From the IMG/VR virus record IMGVR_UViG_3300045988_052780: 64,000 nucleotides of DNA. One strand, written 5' to 3'. The position numbers and the translations under genes are program-made. The notes under the pieces were generated by a model. It did not search any database and was not told the origin of the DNA. It saw nothing but the letters and a program-made list of their open reading frames with translations. The DNA is from a virus. Positions within the stretch are counted from its first letter, which is position 1. The number at the start of each line of letters is the position of its first letter. Below, piece after piece: positions 21,529 to 31,693 of this stretch.

Positions 21529-21786
21529 ACCCAGACAGCTATATAGGTTAGACCTTACCTCTGTTAAAGATAAAGCATAATCTAAATAAACTAATCTAAA
21601 TTTGACCCAATACGGCAGTACAAGTATGCACTACTCGATAAATGCCGCTAATCGGCTAGGTTTCATCGCACATAATTGCGATAATAGCAATATTTATTAC
21701 TAGGTGTACTACATATTAGTAGTGGGAAGGAGACTAAACCCCCCCCCCTCATAGCAATTGGCTGGTAAATACCATGACCTGCTATG

Positions 21787-22140
21787 TTATTCGAAATAAT
21801 CAGGAAATTTGTTTCGGAAGGAATCATCAATTTTAAGTCCATCCAAATCCTCACAAACCGCCAGTTCCTCCAGAAGTGCGTCCTCTGAATCGTCCACTGC
21901 ACCATTATCGGAGTTAATCAATTCAATAAGAAGGTTTGCTTTCTGGGAAGTTAAATCAGTACCAATCCAGCTGACTATAACTTCTACAAAGAAATCATCG
22001 AACTCAAGAGAAGTACCTACATCAGAGGCAGCAATCTCATTCTTCTTATCGAATAACTCTTTGATAACATCATCACTGATAGGTTCTTTAAATTTATCCC
22101 TAAGTACAGTGACCAATTGTGATTGTTCTTTAAAGTTCAT
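21787..22140 (-). CDS. hypothetical acidic protein
   Basis: 117 aa, Asp/Glu-rich. Confidence 0.4.
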   Translation of the reverse strand: MNFKEQSQLVTVLRDKFKEPISDDVIKELFDKKNEIAASDVGTSLEFDDFFVEVIVSWIGTDLTSQKANLLIELINSDNGAVDDSEDALLEELAVCEDLDGLKIDDSFRNKFPDYFE

Positions 22141-22311
22141 ATGTGTATATGATAATTACAAATGCTAGCAACAGCTAACACGCACTTCGTAAGAAGTTAT
22201 TACTAATACGTAATGATATAATTCAATAGTATTGAATTTCACGGCATTCGTAATGCCTAAAGTAGACATATCCTCTCATATACATCCACTAGCTATATTA
22301 GAATAAAGAAT

Positions 22312-22635
22312 TTACCTTTTCCAAGATATAAACAAGTAACTACCTACCAATCCGGGATAACCTTCCTTATTAATTACTTTTACGAAGAATTGCTTCTCCT
22401 CGTAATATTTAAGAATGTCATCAATAGATTTTAGTTCGTCATCGTTTAAATCCATTACTAGACTAAAGTAATTATTCTCACTTTTAGCCTTAATAAAGCT
22501 GTCAGTAGTACTAATGAACCTCTTAAGTATAATTTCTTGAGTTACTACTTCATTGTACGTTGCAACCGAATATGCTTCCTCCGCATTCATTGAACTTCCT
22601 TCTAACAGTTTGCTGAAATCAAATAACTTTCTCAT
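22312..22635 (-). CDS. hypothetical protein
   Basis: 107-aa ORF. Confidence 0.4.
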   Translation of the reverse strand: MRKLFDFSKLLEGSSMNAEEAYSVATYNEVVTQEIILKRFISTTDSFIKAKSENNYFSLVMDLNDDELKSIDDILKYYEEKQFFVKVINKEGYPGLVGSYLFISWKR

Positions 22636-22663
22636 AATCTAATTAATTTAAGCCTCCTTTTAG

Positions 22664-22737
22664 TGACTTGAGTGGGACTCTAACCCACAACCTGCTCCTT
22701 AGGACGGAGATGCTCTATACTATTGAGCTATCAAGCC
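22664..22737 (-). tRNA. tRNA-Arg(CCT)
   Basis: Manual cloverleaf: acceptor GGCTTGA/TCAAGTC, D-arm GCTC..GAGC, anticodon loop GTCCTAA, T-stem GTGGG/CCCAC. Confidence 0.65.
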
Positions 22738-22744
22738 TTGACGG

Positions 22745-23212
22745 TTACATACTAATAGATCCGGTATGTTTACCTCTTACTTTAACAGAGTTAGCAGTAA
22801 TATCTCCCTCTACATCACCACCTACTTCGATGCTGTTAGCTTCTATACTACCTCCTACATTACCTTTAACTTTGACACTATTACCATGTACAGTAAGAGC
22901 GTTTCCATCAATGTCACATGTATTACAGTTAAGCTCCTTTACATTACCAGTAAAACTGATATGTACACTATCATTATTGACTTCAGATATTAATTTACCA
23001 TTCACATAAATTCTATTCTTTATTTGTGACAGGGTAATATCATCTTCATCAATATCAAACGATTCATTGTCAATAAACAGTTTATTCATGATTCTTCTTA
23101 TCCAGTTCATAGTACTTAATAAGTTTATCAAATGCTTTAACTCTAGCATTATGTCCTTCCTCACTATCAGGGGTCCACCAATAAGCTTTACCATACCTGT
23201 CTTTAGGAGCAT
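22745..23212 (-). CDS. beta-helix repeat protein (bactofilin-like or hexapeptide-like repeats)
   Basis: The C-terminal half carries repeated G(N/D)V.G.I/V units (GNVKELNCNTCDIDGNALTVHGNSVKVKGNVGGSIEANSIEVGGDVEGDITANSVKVRG). Confidence 0.35.
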   Translation of the reverse strand: MLLKTGMVKLIGGPLIVRKDIMLELKHLINLLSTMNWIRRIMNKLFIDNESFDIDEDDITLSQIKNRIYVNGKLISEVNNDSVHISFTGNVKELNCNTCDIDGNALTVHGNSVKVKGNVGGSIEANSIEVGGDVEGDITANSVKVRGKHTGSISM

Positions 23213-23390
23213 CTAGAAACTTCCTGTTAAATTCTGGAATCATGGTAATTATATCACGTTGGCTATAAATAGTGATTCCACGTTCGGTTCCTGCCATAGC
23301 GTGTTCTATACAGAAACACATTCCCCAGTATTCAGGGTGGGTTACAAATAATTCTTTAGCTTTTTTAAGAACACTTACAACATCTGTCAT
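23082..23390 (-). CDS. hypothetical protein
   Basis: 102-aa ORF. Confidence 0.35.
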   Translation of the reverse strand: MTDVVSVLKKAKELFVTHPEYWGMCFCIEHAMAGTERGITIYSQRDIITMIPEFNRKFLDAPKDRYGKAYWWTPDSEEGHNARVKAFDKLIKYYELDKKNHE

Positions 23391-23564
23391 TTCACTTTAG
23401 ATTTAGTTAGTTGGCCAATCATTTGATTTCTAAAGCCCTCAACTTGATGGGGACATATATTAGTAATCCATTCTTTAAAATATCTATGATATTTAGTGTG
23501 ATTACTTTTATAGAACTCTCTTTCCAACCAGTTATACAATTCTCTTTCCATATTTATTAAATTA

Positions 23565-23637
23565 GTAGTCTTATTCAGAATCGAACTGAAACCTCCATAT
23601 CCGTAGTATGGTATTCTATCCGTTAAACTATAAGACT
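23565..23637 (-). tRNA. tRNA-Arg(ACG)
   Basis: Acceptor AGTCTTA/TAAGACT, anticodon stem CCATA/TATGG with loop CTACGGA, T-loop TTCGATT. The D-arm is irregular. Confidence 0.6.
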
Positions 23638-24133
23638 AAAGAATAGAGGGTGTGCTGTTACGCCAAATGCTCTGACTGAGTTTCACTCTTATCTCGTTTA
23701 CCTTCCTCCGTCTATATAGGCAGTTTCAACATGAGTATTCTAAACGACATTATTACATTCTTGATTCGAGGCTATCAGTAAGGATGCTGCCTAATTATAC
23801 TTCAATAGAAACCTACTCGCAACTCTTTAAATGATGGCCGCTTTTAAGCCTACATCCCCTCTATTATAATTATTCTATACCATAGTACATTAAGTACAAT
23901 ACTTGCTGCCTTAAACCGTATCTACGTGTAACAACATTGGCATTAAACCTTCCAGTTATGGCTACATTAATGCTTCTCTTCAATTTGTCGGCAGTAAATG
24001 ATTTACCAGTAGTACCAATTAATCCATTAGGTTCATCAGCGCAAATAAAATCTACAGCTTCAAATAACTGTTCTTTGGTCTCTGCACTATTTACCTTTTG
24101 CCACTTCTCTAATTCTCTCTCAGAATTCATAAC

Positions 24134-24508
24134 TTAAGACAATGCTTCAAGCTCTTTAGCCAATTCTTCATAAGATTTACTCTCAAGCTCTGCATCCTGT
24201 TTCTTAGCCATGAGATCAAGAATCTTTTGACGCTTAGCTTTCTTCTCAGCAGCTACAATGCGTTCTTCCTGTTCCTGTAACTTAACGTCAATAATGTGTT
24301 TTACAATATTGAATTTCAGTTCAAGTTCAGTGGCGTCTTTAGTACGAGTCTTAATGAAACTTTCGGTTTGTGATTCCTTTAGCCTCTTATTAAGATTAAT
24401 AGCAATAGGATCAAGTTGTTCCAGAGATAAATCCCACAAATCTTCAACAGATAATACTCCACGATTAGTGGAATAACGTAATTTTACCCTTGATGCTTTC
24501 TCAAACAT
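24134..24508 (-). CDS. hypothetical coiled-coil protein
   Basis: 124 aa, heptad-rich. Confidence 0.4.
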   Translation of the reverse strand: MFEKASRVKLRYSTNRGVLSVEDLWDLSLEQLDPIAINLNKRLKESQTESFIKTRTKDATELELKFNIVKHIIDVKLQEQEERIVAAEKKAKRQKILDLMAKKQDAELESKSYEELAKELEALS

Positions 24509-24519
24509 AACATTTTCAT

Positions 24520-26532
24520 TTAAAAGTTAACTTTAATGGTTCTTGTAAAGCTGCCAGTAACTTTACAGATAACACTATTGCGGATGGTAGATGAGAATCC
24601 TAAACCACTCAACTGATTATCAGAATAAGGAGCCTTCATCTTATTAGCTAACATCTCAAATGTCTTACGATCCTGAGATAGTTCACTCCTAAGATATTCG
24701 TTAAAGAATCCTCTTACTGGAGATGGATTCTTGCACCCATCTAAGATAAAGAAATAGTGTTTATTGCCTACTTCTGCACCGTTCCAATAATTTGGAGACA
24801 GAGTGAGTAACGATACCTTATGGAATTTGTTAGTAGACAAGTGCCACGTCTCTTTATCACTTGAATTACTCGGAAGGACATCATGTATGACAATTCCCTT
24901 GGCCTTAGAATACTCAAATCTGGCTACTGTCACTTTATCACGACCTCGAAGATCTGTTGTGTAGGTATACTCACGTACTTCTCCGTTACATTCAATTTCA
25001 ACAGTAAATCCAACATCGTGATAATCTCTTTTGCAGAAATTGTGTACATATACGGTATACATACCTTCCATACGTGGTTCATCCTCCCAGATAACGTTCT
25101 CTACTGGTTTACGAGAATGTATACCACCAGCATTCATGTCAACATCTAGCACCCCACCAGAAGCTCCAGTTCTATGTGAATAATAGATTTCATTATCACG
25201 TGGTTGTATGATATGGATGTCTAAATCATCACCATTATACCATGCAAGAGAACACCTTAGATATCCATTCACCTTACCTCCAGCAGCCTGCACCTTATCC
25301 TTAATAGAAGAATCTGCAAGGTCTCCATTGTATGTCCAAGCGAAATTGTTTGGCCATTTAAATAGATTCTTTGCATCTTTATTAGATGGAGCTGTTAGAG
25401 TCATAAGGTTGTTTATATGTCTACTTTCTAATAGAACTTCTATACTGGTAGCATTGGGAACAACATCCTTAATAAAGTCCTCAATTGATATTTCAGCAAC
25501 AGTACCTAATTTCTTAGGATTAACTGGAATATCTTCCGCTAAATCTTGGAATACACTATTCCCAAGCATTGACTTCTTAGCATTTCTATCAGCAAAGATT
25601 ACATCATTAACTGTAATGTCAGTAATTTCTGCATGTCGCCTTGGAAGTGCATCCATTAGCCCTAGTTCAATAACCCTAGCTTCAGCAGCTTGAATCATCT
25701 TCTTAGTAGCTATTGTCTTAGGTCTTTGATAATTAGCAGGAGCTACTATTCTCTCGTAAGCTCTTACACTTTCATCAAGTTCACGTCCATTGGAGATGTC
25801 TACAAGCAAAGTGCCTATAGCAGTATTCCTAATACGTCCTACATATCCAACTTTAGCAGATTCAACCCAGCAGAAATTATCACGTTCCTCGCGGGGTACT
25901 ACTTCATATTTCTTCTTAAGTGCAACAAATGCCTCTAGATCGGATTTGTACTGGTCTCCACGATACAAAGAACCTTGTGAAATCAAATCCAGAACAATGT
26001 CAAAAGCATCCATGGATAACTCATCCAAAGCCCGCTTCAATACTGTTTTATTGGTACGAAGTGCTCCTCTTACTGCTTCTTCAGAATCAGATACTGCACA
26101 AAGTAAATGATTAGGAAGCTTGTAAAATAAATGATTCCATGTATGTACGTGTCTCGTAGGAGTTTCTATCCACACATTGTTCTTATCTGTACCCAGTTTA
26201 ACCACCTTACTAACAAATACGTCACATACTGGTTTAGATTTAACAAGTTGGGCTAAGTTTCTGGCTACTGTAGCATAAGGTTCATCTAACACTAAGGAAT
26301 CCCAAATACTTACTAACTTGTTATTAACTATTGCAACTACATTGCCATAAGGTTTGATAAATTGACGACAGCAATTACATGTATGTGATTGTCTCTCGTC
26401 TTCTGGATAAGAATCTATGTAACAATCCCACAGCTCATCCTTATTAACATTAGTTAAATACAATCTATCAGCATTATTAGCTAAGGCATCAAATTGCTTA
26501 TAAACTGCTCGTTTAAAATCAATAAATTCCAC
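24520..26532 (-). CDS. large hypothetical protein (670 aa)
   Basis: Long uninterrupted ORF with no motif I can assign. Confidence 0.5.
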   Translation of the reverse strand: MEFIDFKRAVYKQFDALANNADRLYLTNVNKDELWDCYIDSYPEDERQSHTCNCCRQFIKPYGNVVAIVNNKLVSIWDSLVLDEPYATVARNLAQLVKSKPVCDVFVSKVVKLGTDKNNVWIETPTRHVHTWNHLFYKLPNHLLCAVSDSEEAVRGALRTNKTVLKRALDELSMDAFDIVLDLISQGSLYRGDQYKSDLEAFVALKKKYEVVPREERDNFCWVESAKVGYVGRIRNTAIGTLLVDISNGRELDESVRAYERIVAPANYQRPKTIATKKMIQAAEARVIELGLMDALPRRHAEITDITVNDVIFADRNAKKSMLGNSVFQDLAEDIPVNPKKLGTVAEISIEDFIKDVVPNATSIEVLLESRHINNLMTLTAPSNKDAKNLFKWPNNFAWTYNGDLADSSIKDKVQAAGGKVNGYLRCSLAWYNGDDLDIHIIQPRDNEIYYSHRTGASGGVLDVDMNAGGIHSRKPVENVIWEDEPRMEGMYTVYVHNFCKRDYHDVGFTVEIECNGEVREYTYTTDLRGRDKVTVARFEYSKAKGIVIHDVLPSNSSDKETWHLSTNKFHKVSLLTLSPNYWNGAEVGNKHYFFILDGCKNPSPVRGFFNEYLRSELSQDRKTFEMLANKMKAPYSDNQLSGLGFSSTIRNSVICKVTGSFTRTIKVNF

Positions 26533-26544
26533 GATAATTAAATT

Positions 26545-27366
26545 TTATAAAGGTTTTACATTATCAAAGATAGCATCACTGGCTTCTTCTCCCCATTTAG
26601 AATAGATAACAACACCTATTGGGGTCACTTGGAATACAAATGGATCAATACTTCGCGGCATTACTCTTATCTCAGTTTCAGTAAAAGATACCAGTTGTTG
26701 CATATCGTCTACTGGTGCAGCTATAAATAAGTCTGTAGATTTACAGGCAGTATGAGACATAGTTACTCCCTCAGTTCTTCCATTCCAATACTTGGCAAAT
26801 GGATACGCTAGAAGTTCTTTCTTGTGGTATTGTAAGAATATTAGACCTTCGGGAACAGGCTCTTCACGATAAAAGTTATAGTGAGAGTATGGATTTGAAG
26901 TACTACTCCTTCTGACATTGACTTTTACGTTAGTAATAAGAGCATTATCACGATTAGAGTATTTATTATCCGTTAACGAGTCTAGTGTAGTCTTAGTAGC
27001 CAAGATTTCATTTAGATTATCTTCTGGTATATCACCTTTATAATACGATAGTGGCCCGGATACCAATCCATACTTAACATTCAGATTAATAAAATCTTCC
27101 TCTTTGAGTATAATGCATCCAGGGAAGTTCTGCGAGAAGAAGTTATAGCATTTAAAAGTCTCTAAGTTATTCATATACTTCTCAGCATCTGTAATAACTG
27201 AAGAGTGATCAAATCCTAGTAACTTAGCTTTCTCAGCTTTCTCAATTGCAACATGATTCATCTCTAAGCTTCTGGTTTGTTGCAACCAGTTTAAGCTAGC
27301 TAATATATAAGCTTGATGAATCTCTAGAGCTCCTATTTGGGGTCTAGTACCAATTTGTGTGTCCAT
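26545..27366 (-). CDS. hypothetical protein, paralog of 31694..32497
   Basis: Shares blocks with the 31694..32497 protein (KYGLVSGPLSYYKGDIPEDNLNEI vs KYNLACGPISTYKGVIPEENIEAI, C-terminal W..EA.D.IFD). Confidence 0.5.
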   Translation of the reverse strand: MDTQIGTRPQIGALEIHQAYILASLNWLQQTRSLEMNHVAIEKAEKAKLLGFDHSSVITDAEKYMNNLETFKCYNFFSQNFPGCIILKEEDFINLNVKYGLVSGPLSYYKGDIPEDNLNEILATKTTLDSLTDNKYSNRDNALITNVKVNVRRSSTSNPYSHYNFYREEPVPEGLIFLQYHKKELLAYPFAKYWNGRTEGVTMSHTACKSTDLFIAAPVDDMQQLVSFTETEIRVMPRSIDPFVFQVTPIGVVIYSKWGEEASDAIFDNVKPL

Positions 27367-27456
27367 AATCTTTATGCTTTCTTTTTAATAGAACCTGGTC
27401 TTGTAGTAGCCCTTTTGAATGTATCAGACTGCTTATCCCACCATGCTTGACGGTCT

Positions 27457-27918
27457 CTAAGACGTTGTTGTTTCTTCTTGTATTTCATACATATTTAAGT
27501 TTAATTCATTGCTAGCATTATAAGCAAGCTTATCAGCTTTCTCATTATACTCAGAACCATTATGTCCTTTGACCCATCTCACGTCTATAAGCTTATGACG
27601 TTCAATAGCCCTATCAAGTCTAGCCCATAAGTCAGTATTAGCTTTCCTTTTCCAGTTCTTAGTAAGAGTACCTACTATATACATGGAATCAGTAACTATA
27701 ATGACTTCTGAGCTAGTTTTAATGGATTCTAATGCGACTATAACTGCCATTAGTTCCATTCTTTGATTAGTACTATTTACATACATTTTACTGTAGGAGA
27801 ATACTTCCTTTCCATCTTCCACGATAACGAATCCTATTCCACCTTGATTTCTAGCAGGAGAGTATGCTCCATCAGTAAATATTGTATACTTATGCATCAG
27901 CTGTAGGATCTTCAACAA
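27457..27918 (-). CDS. rnhA: ribonuclease HI
   Basis: Canonical RNase H motifs are present: TDGA, GGIGFVI, NQRMELMAVIVALE, TDSMYIV, KGHNG...NEKADKLA. Confidence 0.85.
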   Translation of the reverse strand: MLKILQLMHKYTIFTDGAYSPARNQGGIGFVIVEDGKEVFSYSKMYVNSTNQRMELMAVIVALESIKTSSEVIIVTDSMYIVGTLTKNWKRKANTDLWARLDRAIERHKLIDVRWVKGHNGSEYNEKADKLAYNASNELNLNMYEIQEETTTS

Positions 27919-28468
27919 AATCTTCGTCGGAATCTGTTTCAGCTTCTGTTGCTTTGTGAAGTAAATGTAATGTCCACATTCCTAATACGAATGCAACATA
28001 CAGTTCATCCTCAGGCTCTTCATATGTAAGCTGATCTAATACAGCATTACATACTTCCATCAATGAGAAATCATCCTTAGACATTTCTTCATCAGATATC
28101 TTAGTCATATCATTTACATAAGGTCTAACTTTCTGTATAGCCATATCAAATGACTTAGATAGTCGCAAACCCTTATCACCAGCATCTATAGCTGCATGAA
28201 GAGGTTCTTGTAACTCATCTCTAAGATATCCTAATGCAAAGGCTCTAGTTATGTCTCCTTTAGCTAAATCTAAGAAAGACTCAGCATTAAGAAACTCGTC
28301 TAATTCAAATTCGATGTCTTTAATGTCTATTAATTTACCCATTTGATTATTGAAGTAAACTTCCAATCTTATCGGCCATGGAAGTTGCTTTATTAGAGAC
28401 TTCGCTAAGATTAGCTGTCTCAGTTTGTAATAAAATAATCTCTTGTTCCTTAGCTGCTTTCTCATCAT
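27890..28468 (-). CDS. hypothetical protein
   Basis: 192-aa ORF. Confidence 0.4.
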   Translation of the reverse strand: MMRKQLRNKRLFYYKLRQLILAKSLIKQLPWPIRLEVYFNNQMGKLIDIKDIEFELDEFLNAESFLDLAKGDITRAFALGYLRDELQEPLHAAIDAGDKGLRLSKSFDMAIQKVRPYVNDMTKISDEEMSKDDFSLMEVCNAVLDQLTYEEPEDELYVAFVLGMWTLHLLHKATEAETDSDEDFVEDPTADA

Positions 28469-28621
28469 CTGCTCTTTTAGCTACATCACGTAACTTATTA
28501 ACAGTAGACTGAAATGCATCAATAATCTTGGAAGATTCTTCTGCCAGAGAAGAACTAGTAATCTTATTTACTTTCTTACCTATTATCATAAGAGTTATTT
28601 AGTTACAAGACTTAAGGGATG

Positions 28622-28692
28622 TCGCCATCAGAGGATTCGAACCCCTGCCACTACGCGTACTGTGGACCCGATCAAAACGATTGTTAATGGCG
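28622..28692 (-). ncRNA. tRNA-like element (perfect acceptor stem and T-arm, non-cloverleaf body); possible pseudo-tRNA or Y-RNA-like tRNA mimic
   Basis: Minus strand reads CGCCATT...AGGGG-TTCGAAT-CCTCT-GATGGCG-A. The 7-bp acceptor and canonical T-arm fold, but the 39 nt between them do not form D and anticodon arms; they contain an ACGCGT palindrome. Confidence 0.4.
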
Positions 28693-29165
28693 TTGGAGCA
28701 GTGATTAAGACTTATGTCCCTAAAGAGGTATGCTGCAACCACCCCACTCCTTGTACTTCGGAGCACATCTTATTCCATATGCTAGACTCTGCTTTAGTCT
28801 TCATCGCCAGAGTTAATTATAATCCAGTCTCTAGCCTGGTTTCATTTTCACTTGCTTAAACTTACCACACTTAGTGCATACCAAAAGGTATACATGGGAA
28901 TAAGGAATTTCTTCATCATTCATGTATACATTCATGTGCTTTAATTCCTTCCAATTATGCCGACACGTTAGTTTCAGTATCCAATTCTTTAATAGCTCTT
29001 TCATATTACAATATTTTAGTCACTTTGCCAAACACGGATTTAGTCCATCCATTAATCTTACCATGATTGTTGCCTATAAGGACTCCTCTATCTCCCTTAG
29101 CTTTGACTAAGTGAGTATAGTATCTACCTTTGACTTTACAAAAGACAATATCTCCCACTTCTACT

Positions 29166-29663
29166 TTATCTAGGGTTACTGGACTTAAGACATGCTTTTG
29201 TCCCGATTTGATTAGAGGAGTCATGGAATTTCCCTTCTCTGAAGTTACGAAGGAGTTTCCTTCTGCCAACATCTTTACCTTGTATAGCATTAGCCATTAA
29301 TTGCATTTCGTAAATAAAGTTTAATCTCTGTTCCATTCTAGAACCGTTAGTTATTCTCTCAAACATAGATAAATGTCCTCCATTGCCACATAAACAATAT
29401 TCCATTAAAGTGTCATATCGTTGTTTCTTAGCCTCTAGCTCGGCTTCTGGAATGGGATATCTCTTAAGTTCAAGACCTCTATATAAATCAACAAGTTCGC
29501 CCAATGTAGATGACAGTTTTAATAATGCCATTACATTGGGCGCACGATGCCTTTCACATTTATTGACGTATTCCTCTAAAGCTAAATCCCAGTCACCGAA
29601 TACATATTTGACTTGTGACAATTCAATTTCAGTAACCTTTCTTAGAAATTCATAAATCTTCAT
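29166..29663 (-). CDS. hypothetical protein
   Basis: 165-aa ORF. Confidence 0.4.
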   Translation of the reverse strand: MKIYEFLRKVTEIELSQVKYVFGDWDLALEEYVNKCERHRAPNVMALLKLSSTLGELVDLYRGLELKRYPIPEAELEAKKQRYDTLMEYCLCGNGGHLSMFERITNGSRMEQRLNFIYEMQLMANAIQGKDVGRRKLLRNFREGKFHDSSNQIGTKACLKSSNPR

Positions 29664-29826
29664 TATTAACTGCTTTAGACGTTACTACCTTATTTTCAGT
29701 CCTTTCTTTAGTCTTGATAGCAGACTTACAAGCCTTCTTTCTCATTACTAACGGACAATCACAATACCCTGCTGGATTATACCAACAACAATAATCACAC
29801 TGATGCATACAACATAATTTTAATTG

Positions 29827-29912
29827 TAGCCAGAACGGGAGTCGAACCCGCACGAGCACTTCTGCCCACCAGATTTTAAGTCTGACGCGTCTACCAGTTC
29901 CGCCATCTGGCC
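29827..29912 (-). tRNA. tRNA-Leu(TAA), type II
   Basis: GGCCAGA TG GCGG AACTGGTAGA CGCG..., anticodon stem TCAGA/TCTGG with loop CTTAAAA, long variable arm, T-loop TTCGACT. Confidence 0.8.
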
Positions 29913-30404
29913 ATCCTTGTTACACAATACATGCAAGAAGAAGTAACATTATTGTAGTTACCATTGATATGGAGAACATTACTTTAATGAATTTATCATT
30001 GGCATTCCATATCATTGCTAGAACTGCACTTCCTAGGGACATTGCAGCTAAAGTTACCAATACACATCTTAAAACCATCATATTTCACACTGCTCTTCAT
30101 TTAATCTATCAATCCAGTTGATTAATAGACGATACAACCATTTCATTTCCTTAATACTTTCTTTGCATATTCACCATAGGAACCATGTCTCTTCATAAAC
30201 GGAGTTAGAAACCTATAATCGAATTTATAATCACATACATCATAATCGTTCACAATCTCCCTACTAGAAGAAATCTCATAGTCTAGGATATCTTTAAGTG
30301 TTAGAATATCTCTAGTCTGTTGCCTTTGGTGTCTCTTAACCCTTCGGTTATACCAATTGCGTTTAACTTTAGGTCCTTTAACAATAGGAATTTTACGTCT
30401 ACTT

Positions 30405-30806
30405 CTAGTCATTTAATACATAATCACAATAAGTATCAACAAAATCTTTGGCTTCTTTCAAACCACATTTGGTAGACTCCTTTACATGCTTAACTGCTTG
30501 TAGTTTGGTACCCCTCTGCACAAGCTGCTTCATCTTAAAAAAGTCTTCACATGACAAATCAATTGTATTATTCCAACGCTTCTCGTATGCAAGCATTGCA
30601 TCATTATACTCTTGAGGATGTTCTGTCCAAGTGATTTGCTGGTCCAGGATAACTGTACAAGTTCCATCAAGTATATCATACTCTCTGGAATCTACAGTAA
30701 ATTTGCCAGCTTCTAGCACCACTGTGTCTGTAGGGAATGGAATCATCTCTGATGAGATTGATACTTCCTCTATTGTCTTATCGTCTTTTACAAACTTTAC
30801 GTACAT
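30405..30806 (-). CDS. hypothetical protein
   Basis: 133-aa ORF. Confidence 0.4.
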   Translation of the reverse strand: MYVKFVKDDKTIEEVSISSEMIPFPTDTVVLEAGKFTVDSREYDILDGTCTVILDQQITWTEHPQEYNDAMLAYEKRWNNTIDLSCEDFFKMKQLVQRGTKLQAVKHVKESTKCGLKEAKDFVDTYCDYVLND

Positions 30807-30831
30807 AATCTTTAAGTATTAATTAGTAATG

Positions 30832-31573
30832 TGGCGAGAAGGTGACTCGAACACCCAACCTTGCGATTATTTCTTTGGACGTGTGCTCTTAGCATTTAAT
30901 CGTCCGTAATTCTCAGTTAAGCTGTGACAATTTGGACACAGTAACTGTAGATTGTCTTCTGAGTTGTTGGTAGCATCACCATCTATGTGGTGAACATGAA
31001 GTGGAGGTTCTCCTGTAATCGGGTGAATCTTATCCCACCCACAAACTTGGCACTTACGTTCATGCTTATCCATGAGATAGTCCCTAATGTGTTTAGAAAT
31101 GGAACGAGTTCCACACATGCCAGTTTCTTCACCTTCCTTCCATCTTCTAATGTACTCTTTATGTTTGTACTCGGCTTGACATACGTTGTTACAGTACTTA
31201 GTAGTACTGTTATGATTGCTTAATTCTTTACCGCAATTTAAACAGACTCTAGTTACTAACTTCTTGCCCTTGTTAAAGGTTTCGTTAGCATTTATACTTC
31301 TTCGTTTAACTATGCTGATGTTAAGTCTCTTAGCAACCCTTCGTATGTTTGAGCCTGTACAGCCGTACATTCTACCAATCTCCTCATAAGACACTTTGTC
31401 TGTTAATATTAACCTTTCTAAGTTCTCTTTCTCTAAATTCCAGTCCATTTGTATAACTCTTAATTGAATTACAAATGTAATGATTTTAGATAAAGAAACC
31501 TAGGAATTCGATTCTTATTAAGAATTATTAACAGTATGAGTCGCACGCTCTAACCAGTTGAGCTATCTCGCCA
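30832..31573 (-). tRNA. tRNA-Met(CAT) split in the anticodon loop by a 667-nt intervening sequence carrying an HNH endonuclease gene (exon 1 31536..31573, exon 2 30832..30868)
   Basis: 5' half GGCGAGA TA GCTC AACTGGTTA GAGC G TGCGA CTCAT... and 3' half ...AA TCGCA AGGTT GGGTG TTCGAGT CACCT TCTCGCC A. Acceptor (7/7), anticodon stem (5/5) and T-stem pair perfectly once the halves are joined. Confidence 0.6.
30867..31448 (-). CDS. HNH homing endonuclease with N-terminal sigma-70 region-4-like HTH, inside the tRNA-Met intervening sequence
   Basis: HNH motifs CQVCGW...HVHHIDGD...NLQLLCPNCH. Paralog of 44439..45047. Its stop codon TAA abuts the exon-2 anticodon stem. Confidence 0.8.
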   Translation of the reverse strand: MDWNLEKENLERLILTDKVSYEEIGRMYGCTGSNIRRVAKRLNISIVKRRSINANETFNKGKKLVTRVCLNCGKELSNHNSTTKYCNNVCQAEYKHKEYIRRWKEGEETGMCGTRSISKHIRDYLMDKHERKCQVCGWDKIHPITGEPPLHVHHIDGDATNNSEDNLQLLCPNCHSLTENYGRLNAKSTRPKK

Positions 31574-31693
31574 TTAATAAGAACATAAAGCTCGTCGTGT
31601 TTACATCGTCACCAATGTAACCTTAATACCTCCCGTTTGCTTCACTGCCGGCTAGTCTGGCTTTGTCTCCTTATGTTCTTATGGATTTATAAG

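Noticed and set aside
24883-26114. Plus-strand ORFs 24883..25149, 25208..25693, 25690..25938, 25790..26110
   Set aside because: All lie antisense inside the 670-aa minus-strand ORF, are Ser/Leu-rich, and break the otherwise uniform minus-strand gene orientation.
28612-28720. Possible tmRNA (GGATTCGA box plus tRNA-like 3' end)
   Set aside because: The 5' and 3' acceptor strands are only 71 nt apart, which is too short for a tmRNA. No tag-peptide reading frame or pseudoknot region is evident. I kept it only as a generic tRNA-like element.
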